Under the pieces are notes generated by a model. The model was not told where the DNA came from. It saw only the letters and a program-made list of their open reading frames with translations, and searched no databases. DNA of 64,000 nt from Hypanus sabinus (lineage: Eukaryota): NCBI RefSeq assembly GCF_030144855.1, contig NC_082712.1, positions 12,834,001 to 12,898,000 on the forward strand, in the 5' to 3' direction. The translations under genes and the position numbers were made by a program. This document shows, piece after piece, positions 1 to 13,733 of the stretch (positions are counted from its first letter, which is position 1; every line of letters starts with the position of its first letter).

Positions 1-640
1 AAAGAGGCTAAGACCCTGTCAGAATCTGCTAAGTTAGCAGACGAGTATGCTTTAACCCACAAGGTAGAGTTTTTCCCAAGCAACAGCTATCAAAAGGGTA
101 ACAGGGATAACAGAGATAGCCCACCAACAAAGCCAGAAAGTAAGCTGGGGACTAGCGACAAAGGTAAGGAGGAAGAGAAGCAGTCGGGAGAAAAGTTCCC
201 CAGTTTAACGTGTTTCCATTGCGGGAAGCCCGGTCATGTAGTGTCTAGGTGTTTCACTCAAAAAACAGATAAGGGAAAAGGAAAGGCGACAACCCCAAAT
301 GCCTGTATCAAGCCGGTTAAAATACCGCTGAGGAAGGAGGGGTCAGGCCGAGTTCAAGAAGGATGCAAGAGATTTATTTTGAATGGGTTTGTGTGTGTAA
401 AGGAGGGGTTAACCCCAGTTCCAATGAGAATCTGGAGAGATACTGGAGCTTTTTAGTCATTAATCTTAAAGAGTGTTTTGGAATTTGGTGTTGAGACAGA
501 GACTGGTGAAGTGAACGTTATCAAAGGTATTGGAAAAGGGACTGAGGCCGTACCTTTGCATAAGATAATTCTGAAGTGCAACTTGGTATCCAGACCAGTC
601 ACAATAAGGGTGCAATCTGAACTACCAATAGACAATGTTG
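1..640 (+). mobile_element. Gypsy LTR retrotransposon A (Gmr1-like), gag C-terminus and protease, 5' part; interrupted by L1
   Basis: Zinc knuckle CFHCGKPGHVVSRC at ~211-252. Degenerate aspartic protease motif RIWRDTGAF. The protein stops at ELPIDNV and resumes as DNVDVLLGNDLAGG at 13734. Confidence 0.85.
630..640 (+). repeat. Target-site duplication of L1-A, left copy (agacaatgttg; right copy 13734..13744)
   Basis: Identical 11-mer on both sides of the 13-kb insert; removing the insert restores the Gypsy A protease frame. Confidence 0.9.
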
Positions 641-777
641 GGGGGACGTCACGTGATGACATAGGGTCGAGACGTTGGGAATCCAGCTCCCTCGTAAAAA
701 GTAATGAAATAGAGTTTAAATGAAGAAGAATTAATAAATTTCTACTGGAAACTATTTATAAGTAACTCAGGATTATT

Positions 778-1890
778 TTGGATATGGCTCCTAAACCAAA
801 GCTGAAGAAAGCTACTACTTTGAAGACTACGCAAATCGGCGTGGAAAAAGGCCTAACCACCTGGGCGAAGCCTCAGACTCAAGTTGGATCTCCTCCCGGC
901 GAAGTGCATGGCACTTCTGATGATGCGGGACAGGAAATTGCAGCAATGTCGGCGGTCTCTAAGAAGAAACGGCAAGAACAATGCACGCGCGAAGAAACAA
1001 ATATGCATGAACAGATATTAACAAAATTACAAATCCCAACTACAGCTGGAAGTGAATCGGAAGTGGAATCAGACTCTTTGGGAAATACAGAGGATGAAGA
1101 AGAGGAAAAGAAGAAAGAGATTAAAGGAGACATAAGAGATATCCTGATATATATGATGAATGAATTAAAAGCTATAAGAACAGATATAAGAAGGATGCAG
1201 AATACACTTGATAATGTGGTGGAAAATCAAAAGAAGATGGTTAATAAAGTTAAAGAGATGGAAGTAAAAATGGAAGAAAACACTGAAAGAATAGATAAGA
1301 TAGAAGACAATAATCTTGCCTGGACATTAGAAAGAAAATGGATTTTGGAAAAATAGATGTGCTTGAAAACTCTAGAAGACGAAATAATATTAAAATTGTT
1401 GGTCTTATGGAAGGTACAGAGGGAGAAAATCCAATAAAATTCTTCCAAGAATGGATTCTGAAAAATTTGGAAATGAAAGAAGGAACCCAAGTAATTGAAA
1501 TTGAAAGAGCACACAGAGCTTTAAGACCAAGACCTCAACAAGATCAAAATCCAAGATCAATTTTGATAAAATGCTTAAGGTTTCAAGATAAAAAAATGAT
1601 CTTGAAGGCAGCTACTCAAGATGCTAAAAAGAGAAATGGGCCATTGATAATAGATGGGAAAAGAGTTTTTTTTTATCCAGACATAAGTTATGATCTTCTG
1701 AAGAGGCGGAAGGAATTTAATCCAGTGAAAAAATCTTTATGAGAAAAGGGCTATAAATTTTTATTGAGCTACCCAGCAAAATTGATAATTTTCCTGTATA
1801 ACGAAGAAAGAAGATTTTTCGTTGATTACCAGAAAGCGGAGAAATTTGTACAAGAATTACCTGATGTCCACGAAGGGGAGTAAAGAATTA
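778..1890 (+). pseudogene. L1 ORF1p (coiled coil + RRM/CTD), frameshifted
   Basis: ENSRRRNNIKIVGLMEG, IERAHRAL, FFYPDIS motifs split over ORFs 778..1356 and 1338..1742. Confidence 0.85.
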
Positions 1891-2303
1891 TAGAAATGAA
1901 GTGGACTAATGATGAAGACTGAAATAAGGTTGGACTTGACGGACATTTATAAGGAAAACAAAAATAGTTGAGGAGTATTAATTGGGAGTAGAGACATTGA
2001 TTATTTTCTTTTTTTTTCTTCACTAATGTATTTTCTTTCTTTTTTTTGTGGGGGAGCTGGAGGAGCTCCGGATCGATGGCTGCGAGGTTCACGTGTATAA
2101 TCATGGCAATTGCCATGACCCGTAAAATGGGGGGGGGGGGTAATGTTGTGTTCTTTTTATTCGCAACATTAGTAGGGGGGTATTTTGTTTTTTTTCTTAT
2201 ATATTAGTTACCTTTTGTCTATTTTCCTTCTTTTTTGCCTGGTTGGTTGGGGAGAGACTCATAGCAACATGGAGAATTTCAAAGCGTTCCCAAGGTATTA
2301 TGA

Positions 2304-5300
2304 ATGATTAATTTACTTAATTTTTTAAGTTTTAATGTTAATGGGCTTAATGGACCTGTGAAAAGAAAAAGTGTTTTAACATACATTAAGAAAATGAAAG
2401 GAGATATAGTTTTTTTTACAAGAAACACATTTAACAGAAACAGAACATAAGAAATTAAAGAGAGATTGGGTTGGAAATGTCGTTGCAGCTTCATTTAATT
2501 CAAAATCGAGAGGAGTTGCAATTTTGGTTAATAAAACGTTACCAATTAAAATACAAAATGTAGTAATTGATTCTGTGGGGAGATATGTGATTATACATTG
2601 TCAATTTTTTTCAGAATTATGGAATTTTATGAACATTTATGCACCAAATGAAAATGATGCAAAATTCATACAAGAAGTTTTTTTGAACTTGGCTGATGCA
2701 CATGATAAAATATTAGTAGGTGGAGATTTTAATTTTTGTTTAGATCCAGTTTTGGATAGGTCAAATAAAGTTGATACAAAATCAAAAGTAATAAAACTAA
2801 CTTTATCATTAATGAAAGATTTAAACCTGATTGATATATGGAGAAAAATTAATCCAAGAGAAAGAGATTATTCATTTTATTCAAATAGACATATAACTTA
2901 CTCAAGGATTGATATTTTTTATTATCAGAAAATATTCAGGATAGAGTGAAAAGTGTGGAATATAAAGCAAGAATACTGTCAGATCATTCCCCCCTTGATA
3001 ATGATAATGATAATGATAGATAAGGAGGAATCGACCTATAGATGGAGATTTAATTCAATTTTAATAAAACGTCAAAATTTTTGTGATTTTATGAAAAAAC
3101 AGATTCAATGTTTTTGGATACAAATTTACTTTCAGTTGAAGATAAAATTGTATTATGGGAAGCAATTAACGCATATTTAAGGGGTCAGATTATAAGTTAT
3201 ACATCTAAAATTAAGAAGGAATGCATGGCAGAAATAGATCAATTGGAAAAAGATATCATAAAGTTAGAAAAAGAATCTCAAAGACAGAAGAAAAACGAAG
3301 ACAACTTGTTAATAAAAAATTACAATATAATACACTCCAGACATATCGTACAGAAAAAGTAATTATGAGAACTAAACAGAAATATTATGAATTAGGTGAA
3401 AGATCTCATAAGATTCTTGCTTGGCAGTTGAAAACAGAACAGGCTTCTAAAACAATAAATGCAATTAGAACAAGTGTCAATAAGGTTACTTATAAACCTT
3501 TAGAAATTGATGAAATTTAAAAAAAAAATTATACTGAACTATATCAATCAGAATCACAAAATAAGATTGCTGAGATACATAAATTTTTATCACAAATAAC
3601 CCTTCCAAATTTAAATTTGGAAGAACAGAAAGGATTAGATATGCCCTTTACATTAAAAGAGGTTGAAGAAGCTTTAGGATCACTTCAGAGTAATAAATCC
3701 CCAGGAGAAGATGGTTTTCCTCCTGAATTTTATAAAAAATTTAAAGATTTATTAATTCCTCCTTTTATGGAATTAATATATCAAGTGGAAAGAGTGCATA
3801 AACTACCACAATCTTTTTTTAACAGCGATCATAACTGTATTGCCAAAAAAAGATAGAGATCCTTTAAAACCAACATCATATAGACCTATTTCTTTGTTGA
3901 ATACAGATTATAAAATAATAGCAAAAATTTTATCTAATAGAATATCTAAATATTTACCAAAATTAATACATATGGATCAAACAAGTTTTATTAAAAATAA
4001 TCAATGGATAATATAACCCGGTTACTTAGTATAATTCATTTGGCACAAAAAAGAGAGGAAATGGGCAAGGCTGCCCATTATCACCTGCTTTATTTGTATT
4101 GGCAATAGAACCATTAGCTGAATTAATTAGAATAGATTCAGACATTGGGGGCTTAAGAGTTAATCAAGAAGAATATAAGATTAATTTATTTGCTGATGAT
4201 GTTTTGATTTATTTAACAAACCCATTGCAATCTTTGCAAAGACTACCTTTTAGATTGGAAGAATATGGGAAAGTATCAGGGATAAAAGTGAAATTTTACC
4301 CCTTACCAAAGGAAATTATAATCAATGTCGATTAGTAACTCAATTTCGATGGTCAATAAATGGGATAAAATATTTAGGTATTAGAGTTGATAATGATGTA
4401 AAAAATTTATATAAGCAAAATTATTTGCCATTATTAAAAAAAGAGGATCTTGATAAATGGATGATGTTACCAATAACATTAATAGGTAGAGTTAATGCTG
4501 TAAAAATGAATATATTTCCTAGATTGCAATATTTATTCCAAACTTTACCAATACAATTACTTCAGAAGTTTTTTCAAGAACTGAATAAATATGGAAGGAA
4601 ATTTCTTTGGAAAGGAAAGATGTCAAGAATATCATTGGAAAAATTGACATGTAAATTTGATTTAGGAGGGTTACAACTTCCAAATTTTAAGAATTATAAT
4701 AAAGCAAATCAACTTAGATTTATTGCATCTTTTTTGATGGAAAAAACCAGCATGGATTAGAATAGAATTAGATAAGATAGGAGAAATCATACCAGAAAAT
4801 TTTATATATAAATGGGAATCCAAATGGATACGGGAAAAAAAAGAATCTCCTATATTAAGACACTTGATTGATTTATGGAATAAGGTAAATATGGACGATA
4901 AGATAAAGAAATGTTTATTAGCAAAAAGAACTTTAATTCAAAATAGGTTTATTCCTTTTACAATGGATAATAAACTTTTGCATAATTGGTTCCAAAAGGG
5001 GATTAAATATCTAAATGATTGTTTTGAAGGAGGTATATTGATGTTGTTTGATCAATTAAAAACAAATATCAAATATCAAACAACACTCTTTTCTGTTATT
5101 TTCAATTACAGGCTTATTTACGAGAAACGCTGGGTCAAACAATGTTGATGCCAAGACCTAGTGAAATAGAAATATTAATTCAAAAAGGAAAAATTAAAAA
5201 ATTTACATCTTGTATGTACAATTTGATTCAAAATCAGACAATTGAATCTGGAATTCATAAATCAATACAAAAATGGGAATCTGATTTGAATGTTAAAATT

Positions 5301-5800
5301 GATGGAAAAAGTTGGTCAAGATTATGTTCTGATAGTATGATAAATACAATAAATGTTCGACTTAGATTAATACAATATAATTTTTACATCAATTATATAT
5401 AACACCACAGAAAATAAATAGATTAAATTCAAATATGTCTGACCAATGTTTTCGATGTAATCAAGAATCTGGTACTTTTTTACATTCTACTTGGTCTTGT
5501 TTTCAAATTCAATCATTTTGGATAAATCTAAGACTTTTATTGGAACAAGTTACTGGAGTACAACTCCCACATAGTCCAACATTATTTTTATTAGGAGATA
5601 TTGAAGGGACAATACGGAAATTTAAATTGAATAAGTATCAGAAAACATTTATAAAAATTGCATTGGCATTAGCTAAAAAAGTTATCGCAGTTACTTGGAA
5701 ATCTGATTTATATTTAACGATGGATCATTGGAATAATGAAATATATAGTCGTATTCCACTTGAAAAAAATTCCATATAATCTAAGAAATCAATATGATAT
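2304..5800 (+). pseudogene. L1 ORF2p (APE endonuclease, RT, C-terminal Cys domain), many frameshifts and an internal RT deletion near 4065
   Basis: SFNVNGLNG, NIYAPN, GGDFNFCLDP, KSPGEDGFPPEFY, LFADDVLIY, CFRC...HSTWSC. The LDAEKAFD segment is missing between KKRE and QGCPLSP. Confidence 0.9.
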
Positions 5801-6100
5801 ATTTTTTAAAATTTGGCTCCCATACCTACAAAAAATGGGATTAAATATATAGGTCCTTTGAAGATGAAATTATGAAGTAATTGGGGAAAGCAAAAATAAA
5901 TATTAAAATTATTTTGAACTCCATGGAGCATGTGGGGATCCTCCAATATCCAGGCAATCTTTTCTCTTCTTTCTTTCTTTAGATAAGGGTTAAGGGGGGA
6001 GGGTTAAGGGGAGGGGGGAGGATTAATATTATTTTTCTTTATCTTACTAATTTTTCATTACATTTATTCTTTGTAATTTTCTAAAACATTAATAAATAAA

Positions 6101-6726
6101 TGTAACACTTGCCCAACAGGCTGGTATATGTCTAGGGGAAAAGGAGATCCAGCCACACACCAACCCCACCTCCCGTACACGCAGGTGCTGTGAGAATCAA
6201 CTTTATGCCTCGCACCCGCCCACAATATCTAACCCATAACAAATACCGTTATGAAGTACACTTTAAAGAGTTTACTAAAATTAAAAGAGTACTAGGCAAT
6301 ACAATATATATGCAAGGGAAAAAAACAAAAAGGCGCCAACTTATCAAAGTTCAGTCAGTTTAGTGCACATCGTTGGAGCTCAAACATCGAACTATTCGAC
6401 CCCTCATCGCTTGCCTCCGACCTCCTCGTCTTCGCACCGAGGACCACCCCCGGTGGTCTTCCGAGCAGTGCAGCGCACGTCCACCTTCCTCGGCGTCTTC
6501 CTCCCGACTCTCCACCAAAAGCCTGCGAAAACCCCCTCCCCCAAGTTCCCAGCCTCACAAGACTAAGTAACATTCCCCATTGGTTAACAAATGAATACAA
6601 TTAACATATCAGCAAGTATAAAGCAAAACAACTGCGAGAGAAACACTTATCAGACAAAGAAGCATTCCTACTCTTAACAAACCAAAAAACAAACCATTTT
6701 GCGTAACATACACAGGACATTGTACA
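6101..6726 (-). repeat. 3' LTR of Gypsy B (626 bp)
   Basis: tgtaaca...tgtaca termini. About 94% identical to 13097..13714 by manual count (~35 substitutions, 2 indels). Preceded on the minus strand by the purine tract ggggagagaa. Confidence 0.95.
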
Positions 6727-6740
6727 TTCTCTCCCCACCA
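6727..6740 (-). promoter_or_regulatory. Polypurine tract of Gypsy B
   Basis: The minus strand reads tggtggggagagaa directly before the 3' LTR. Confidence 0.8.
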
Positions 6741-6799
6741 GCAAATGCCATGCCCTCATGGCATTACCAGAGTTCCCCAACGCTTCTTGCAACACACAA

Positions 6800-9700
6800 A
6801 ACCCAACCCAGGTGCAGAAAACAGTGACATAACTACCCAGAGCAGTAGAAATTACACTCGGTTCTCCTGGCACCACATATGTCAACCGCTCAGGGGGGCG
6901 CCTAATTCTCTGAGATCTCCATACGCCTTCTGCCCCACTGGGCTCCCTCTTCACCTGAGAACCCACTGTCTCGGACTCCCCAGGTCTACCTGACAGACCC
7001 TCACCTCCTTCTTCACGGGGGTCCTCCCTCACCTGAAATCTCTCCGGCTCACGCTCGGGTTCCACCCTCTCTCCCCCCAATGTTGGCTGCCTCTCCATCT
7101 GACCCTCAAGACCTTCCCTCCTCTCACCCAACTCAGTATGGGAAGGGCCAGGAGCCTCCCCTTCTGGTACTGGAGCGCCAGCGAATGGGAACAGAGGCCA
7201 CTCATCTGTGTCGTCCTCTTCCGAATCGGTAGCCATTCCCGGGTGAGGGACCCGTCCCCGCTCTTCAGCAGCGGGCTCTTCCTTTTCTCCGCGCCCTCGC
7301 AGAGTCCTTGTACTAGGAACCACCTCCCACTCGGGCTCCTTATCCACCTGCACCGCTTGACCCAGGGGCAGCAGGTGATTCCGATGGAGTACCTTGATAG
7401 GTCCTTTCCCATCCTCAGGTTTCACCCGGTAAACTGGCAGGTTCGGCATCTGGCTCTCTATTACATAGGGGCTGGCCGCCCATCGATTGGCCAGCTTGTG
7501 CTTACCAGGGAGTCCCAAAATCCGTAAAAGGACCCGGTCGCCCGGCAATAATCGGACAAACTTCGCCTTTCGATCATACCGCATCTTATTCCTCTGATTT
7601 TGTTTGGTAGCCGCCGCCTCAGCCAACTCGTACGCCCGCTGTAACTCCCTCTTCATGTCGGACACATAGTTTAGATAGGACTTCCCGGGTAATTCACCCA
7701 CTTCATCCCCAAAACACAAGTCAATTGGCAACCTCGCTTCCCGCCCGAACATCAGATAATAGGGCGAGGACCCTGTAGCATCATTGTGAGTACAATTGTA
7801 ACAGTGAACCAATTGTCCAATATGACGACTCCATCTACTTTTTTGCCCAATCTCCAACGTCCCGAGCATATCCAACAGGGTCCTGTTGAACCTCTCTGGC
7901 TGAGGATCACCCTGGGGGTGATAAGGGGTAGTCCTGGATTTTTCAACCCCAAGCATAGTCAGTAATTCATGGATAAGGCGGCTCTCAAAGTCCCGCCCCT
8001 GATCACTATGGATTCGCCTGGGAAGGCCGTAATGAACAAAATACTTCTCCCATAACACCTTCGCCACTGTCGTCGCCTTCTGATCCTTAGTGGGAAATGC
8101 CTGAGCATAGCGAGTGTAATGATGGGTGATGACTAAGACATTCGCGGTGTTGTTGGTGTCAGGCTCAATCGACAGGAAATCCATACATACCAAGTCCAGA
8201 GGTCCCGCACTCTGCAAGTGCGACAGTGGAGCCGCCGACGCTGGCAGGGTCTTCCTCCGGATGCAACGACTGCATCCCCTACAGTATTCTTCGACTTCCC
8301 CACTCATCCGGGGCCAGTAGAACCGGTCTTTGAGTAATCCATAGGTCTTTTCCACCCCCAAGTGTCCAGAATCATCATGTAAGGCCTGGAGTGCAGCCTG
8401 GTGATACTCCTCCGGCAGGACCTGTTGCCAACAGCGGGGTTGGTCCGGAGGTGCCGTTACCCGGTACAAGATCTGGTTCTTTAACTTTAACCGAGACCAC
8501 TCCTTCAATAACAGAGGCACGAATGGGTGTTTCGCCTTCTCAGCCAACGCCACATTCCCCTTCTCGACCGCTCTCCACACTGTGCCAATGCCCGGGTCAT
8601 TTTGCTGAGCAGCTGCCACTTCCCCCGGACTCAGTTCCGGCAACTGTTTAGTCCGCAGTGCGGTCAGGTCACAGTAAGCTAGGGGTATGGCGTCGTCAAA
8701 AACCCCCAAATGGTCCACGGCACTTTCCATCCTCCCTTGTCTCTCGGCCTTCACGGTGATAGCAAACTGACACATCGCCTTCACTCCAGGGGCAGGGACA
8801 CTCTCCCACTCCTCCTCCTTCTCCTGTTCCCCCGGCTCCCGACGTGACAAAGCATCCGCACCGACATTCTTGCTTCCGGGGCGGTACCTCAGGCTGAAAT
8901 CATATACAGACAAGGCCGCCAGCCACCGATGTCCTGTGGTATCCAGCTTCGCCGAAGTCAAAATATAAGTGAAGGGATTGTTATCCGTTCTCACCTCAAA
9001 CTTGACTCCGTACAGGTAATCGACCAGCTTTCCACCACCGCCAACTTCAGCGCCAGGAACTCCAACTTGTGAGTGGGATAGTTTCTCTGAGATGGCGACA
9101 AGCTTCGGCTGACAAAGGCTACCGGTCTCAATGCTTTGCCATGCTCCTGGTACAGAACAGCCCCTAGACCCTCTCGGCTAACATCCGTGTGCAGCACATA
9201 TGGCTTCTGGGGATCGGGCAAAAGCCAACACCGGGGCCTGGGTCAGTGCCCCTTTTAAAGATCGGAACGCCTCTTCACATCGATCATCCCATCTCGAGCC
9301 AAAAGGTTCCGCCGGGTTCCAGTATCCTCCAGTATCCTGCCTCTGGTCGCCCTTCCTTTTCTTTCCCACTGGGGGATAGCCACACAACAGCTGAGTCAAC
9401 GGGTGACACACTTTGGCGTATCCTTTCACAAATCGGCGGTAATACCCACAGAACCCCAAAAATGAGCGCAGAGCACCCACTTTCTGGGGTCTCGGCCAGG
9501 TGGTCACGGCCTCTATCTTGGTTGGATCAGTAGCCACTCCCTCTTGCGAAATGATATGGCCAACGTAGCTAACCGATGACCTGCAGAACTGGCATTTGTC
9601 CAGGGAAAGCTTCAACCCTTCTTCATTAAGCCGGCCCAACACCTTCAACAGCCTCTCCTCATGTTCCTCCAAAGTCGATCCGAACACTATCAAATCGTCC

Positions 9701-11654
9701 AGGTACACCAGCACCTCTAACAGATTCATATCCCCCACAGTTCTCTCCATGAGCCTCTGGAAGGTGGCTGGGGCTCCCGATATGCCTTGGGGCATTCGTT
9801 CGAACTGAAAGAACCCCAGCGGGCAGATAAAAGCTGTCTTCTCTTTATCGGCTGCACTCATCGGGATCTGGTAATACCCACTTCCTAAGTCCAGCACACT
9901 GAACCACTTCGCACCGCTCAGGCAGGCCAACGCATCCTCGACCCTCGGGACGGTATATTGATCAGGGACAGTTCGCCGATTCAAAGTCCTGTAGTCAACA
10001 CACATGCGCACTCTCCCATTTTTCTTCCGTGCCACCACTATTGGGGACGCATAAGGACTTCGAGACTCAGCTATGATTCCGGCCTCTTTCAACTTGCACA
10101 AGTGCTGACGCACATCCTCAACATCTGCCGGAGCCACCGGCCGGGATCTCTCTCGGAACGGGGTGTCCTCCGTCACCTGGATGGTGTGGCGAGTGCTTTT
10201 GGAGCAGCCAACATCAAACTCGCCCCAAGAAAAAACAGCTTCCATCTTCAGCATCTTCTCCACTAGCCTGCGTTTCCACTCCGGCGACACTGAGGAATCC
10301 CCGAAGTTAAAGGCTTCAGCGGTCAGCTCCCTTCGATGCTCCGATCCCTCCCCGGTAGGGGTCCTCACTGGTGCGCTAGACATTACCGTCACCGGGGACA
10401 GATGTGCCAGCGGCATTCCCCTCTTAAAGGTGATTTCTCTTGCCGTGGTGTTCGTGACACTTATAGCTATACGCCTCGCATGTACCACCTCTGGTCTCTG
10501 CACTTCGGGCCTCACCAGCGCCCCCGCTGGAAATCGTGTCTCCCCTTCAAGATCGTCCAGGGCATCTACTAACAGGGCTTCGCCCGTCGGCACTCCGGAG
10601 AATCTGGGGGTCCCCATCACTAGTGCTACCTCCCCTGGTCGGATCACCTTGGGCCTAACCTGAGTACACCACACGGTCCCTCGTTTACACTCCGGGTCCA
10701 GCCCTTGGGAGGCAACCCCTTCTTCGAACACCGCTCGAAACACTGGATGCACCGAGAGGATTTCTATTCATTGGAGCATAGAAGGTTGAGGGGGGATTTG
10801 ATCGAGGCATTTAAAATTTTGAGAGGGATAGATAGAGTTGACGTGTATAGGCTGTTTCCATTGAGAGTAGGGGAGATTCAAACGAGAGGACATGATTTGA
10901 GAGTTGGGGGCAGAAGTTTAAGGGAAACACGAGGGGGTATTTCTTTACTCAGAGAGTGATAGCTGTGTGGAATGAGCTTCCTGTAGAAGTAGTAGAGGCC
11001 AGTTCAGATGTGTCATTTAAGGTAAAATTGGATAGATATGGACAGGAAAGGAGTGGTTATGGACAGGAAAGGTTATGGGCTGAGTGCGGGTAGGTGGGAC
11101 TAGGTGAGATTAAGAGTTCGGCACGGACTAGGAGGGCCGAGATGGCCTATTTCCGTGCTGTGATTGTTATATGGTTATATGATCTACAGAAAGTCTTCTT
11201 CCCCTTTCTCCTTACAAGCTCCCAGGAGCCGTCGCACAACGGGGGAGTTAGTCCCCACCAGGAGGGCAGCACCACCGGTTTCCACCGGGTCAGGACACAC
11301 CAACACCAACGTCTCAATAGCTTCAGATATTCCCACATCGCCCTCCGAGAACTCCAATCTCACCGATAGGTACCCATCGTACGGGTAGTCACCCTCGCTC
11401 ACACCCCGAATCTGCAGGGCGTCAAATGGGGTTACGGGCAAATGCTTTAGATACTGATTGTCGAAAGACCGGTATAATAAGGTCACTTGCGATCCCGTAT
11501 CAAGAACGGCTTTTGCGTAAACTCCCTCTATCCGTAGACCCACACTGGCACGGGGTCCTACCAGCCCATCCGGAATAGAGGCGTCGGCATCCGGTGGTCC
11601 CCTGGCTGATCTCTGGGAACGTGTTCCTCCAGAGGCTCCAGTCCGTTCCCTCAC
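6800..11654 (-). pseudogene. Gypsy B pol: protease, RT, RNase H, integrase (few lesions plus a CR1 insertion)
   Basis: AVLDTGSQVT (PR); YASPIVV, VDYRTLN, YLDDLIVF (RT); LHTDVS, YPTHKLEFLAL (RH); H-H-C-C zinc finger, MDFLS/HSDQG/PERFNRT DDE core (IN). Confidence 0.92.
10762..11180 (+). mobile_element. 5'-truncated CR1 3' end inserted between Gypsy B protease and RT
   Basis: YSLEHRRLRGDLIEAFKILRGIDRVD, CR1 3' UTR and a gttatat tail. A short gat duplication marks the junctions; excision rejoins EEDFL*ILSVHPVF. Confidence 0.88.
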
Positions 11655-13030
11655 TGAGCCTCTCCTAAGTTTCCCGACACATCTCCCTTCTTAGTCGCAG
11701 CGGGGCTTGTCCTCCGCGGGACTCCTTGTCTCTCACAATCCCACCTAAAGTGTCCCTCCTCTCCACAGCTATAGCGCACCCTCAGCCGCCCACAGTCCCG
11801 CCTGAAATGCCCCTCTTTCCCACAGTTAAAGAACACGCGGCCTGCCGCCCCTCCTCTCCCAGGACGGCTCCCGCTCCCAACCCACTGCATTGGTCGCCCC
11901 CGGGAGTGGGTACCTCCCCTGTCCCTCCCCTCCAGAGGGGGTTCCCTACTCCCCGGGGGATTGTTACTCCTCCACCCAGCCACCACTTCCTGTATCGCTG
12001 AGGATCGCTCCCGTAGGCCCGCGCCCCTTTTCCGCCCCAACGCTCTCTCTTCCTCCCGCACCTCTCTAATCAGTTGCCCGAAGGATGGAGGGGGGCCTTT
12101 CCTATAAGCCTGCCGGATAGTCCACGCCACCTTGTCCTCCTCCAGAGAGCCACTGAATATCTGACTCATCCTCACGCTAGCCACGTCAGGCGCCTTCACT
12201 ACCCCCTCGGCGCCGCAACCCCGTAAGCATCCCTTCCATCCTAAATATGTACTCGCAGAGCTTTTCCCCTCTCCGTTGTTCCAGGCGTTGGAACTCTGCT
12301 AAAAGCAGCCAGGGTTCCTCTGACAACCCAAACGCCCCCTCCAAAACTTCAATGCATTCCTCCACTGAGGCCCCAGGCTTCTCAGCTTTCAACTCCCGGA
12401 CTGTTTTGGCCTCTAAACCCCTCAAACTTCCCACCAATCGCTGCCTCTTCTCCTTTGAGCCTGGCCACTCCTCTAACATCAAAGAGGTATGCTCGATCCA
12501 GGTCTCATAGTCCTCCCCCACCCCCCGTCCAGAGTATGCTTGGCACCGGAGAACAACCCCAGCTTCATCCGTGGCCTCTCGGCCACTCCCACCAGGGAGT
12601 TAAGTGCGGCTGCCAGCTCCGAGGCTTCCACCCTACCTGGGGCGCGGGGCCTAGTCACGACGCCCTCTTTCCACCTCCCTTTACTAGTGCCGGCCACCTC
12701 TCGGGGGTCCACCTCTAGCTCTAGTTCCTCAGCCTCATCCTCTGAGAGGGTGTGGAGCCCCCACGGCCCCGCCTCCCCCGGAACACTGACCGTCGCCGGC
12801 AGTTCCGACGTCCTGACGTCAGCACTCATACGAACCAACACCCAGCTAGACTCCACCTCTTTACCACACCATCTAGCTACCAATTCTACCTGCCCAATGC
12901 CCTTCACCAAACTTAAGCCCCGCACTAACGCTTCTCCCAAAAATCGAAAATCCACTCTGCTCGCTGCACAGGCATACTGCACCGGTACACCTTCAAATTC
13001 ACACCAGCTAACAATCTTATCTCTGTCCAT
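11651..13030 (-). pseudogene. Gypsy B gag, PNMA/Ma-family-like with zinc knuckles, frameshifted
   Basis: N-terminus MDRDKIVSWCE...VPGEAGPW. Capsid-like KLGLFSG, EDYETWIEHTSLMLEEW, KRQRLVGSLRG, LEGAFG, PPSFGQLIREVREEE. Degenerate C-terminal CCHC knuckles. Confidence 0.8.
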
Positions 13031-13074
13031 CTCCGCTCTGTTGCCTGCGCGATTCCACAGCCCCTGAAAATCCA

Positions 13075-13092
13075 ATCCCGGACGAACCCCCA
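13075..13092 (-). promoter_or_regulatory. Primer-binding site complementary to tRNA-Pro 3' end
   Basis: Minus strand tgggggttcgtccgggat versus the tRNA-Pro complement TGGGGGCTCGTCCGGGAT (17/18; the difference is a G-U wobble), 4 nt inside the 5' LTR. Confidence 0.85.
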
Positions 13093-13096
13093 CAAA

Positions 13097-13714
13097 TGTA
13101 ACACTTGCCCAACAGGCTGGTCTAGGGGAAAAGGATCCAGCCACACACCAACCCCACCTCCCGTACACGCAGGTGCTGTGAGAATCAAGTTTATGCCTCG
13201 CGCCCGCCCATAGTATCAAACCCACAACAAATACCGTTATGAAATACACTTTAAAGAGTTTACTAAAATTGAAAGAGTATTAGGCAATACAATATATATG
13301 CAAGGGAAAAAAACAAAATGGAGCCTACTTATCAAAGTTCAGTCAGTTTAGTGCACATCGTTGGAGCTCAAACATCGAACCATTCGGTTCCTCGTCACTT
13401 GCCTCCAACCTCCACGTCTTCGCACCTAGGACTACCCCCGGTGGTCTTCCGAGCAGTGCAGTGCACGTCCACCTTCCTCGGCGTCTTCCTCCCGACTCTC
13501 CACCAAAAGCCTGCGAAAACCCCCTCCCCCAATTTCCTAGCCTCACAAGACAAAATAACATTCCCCATTGGTTAACAAATGAATATAATTACCATATCAG
13601 CAAGTATAAAGCAAAACAACTGCGAAAGAAACACTTATCAGACAAAGAAGCATTCCTACTCTTGACAAACCAAAAAAAAACCCATTTTGAGTAACAAACA
13701 CAGGACATTGTACA
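13097..13714 (-). repeat. 5' LTR of Gypsy B (618 bp)
   Basis: Direct repeat of 6101..6726, adjacent to the PBS. Confidence 0.95.
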
Positions 13715-13733
13715 TAAATAAATATTAAAAAAA

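Larger units (their letters stand above)
641..6100 (+). mobile_element. Near full-length L1-clade LINE (L1-A), inactivated; A-rich tail continues at 13715..13733
   Basis: 5' UTR starts ggggacgtcacgtgatgac. ORF1 and ORF2 remnants are in order. The 3' UTR ends in aataaataaa, and the tail taaataaatattaaaaaaaa lies beyond the nested Gypsy B. Confidence 0.92.
6101..13714 (-). mobile_element. Full-length Gypsy LTR retrotransposon B (gag-PR-RT-RH-IN) with PNMA-like Gag
   Basis: Two LTRs with TG...CA ends, 4-bp TSD taaa (6097-6100 / 13715-13718), PBS, PPT and recognisable pol domains. Confidence 0.95.
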
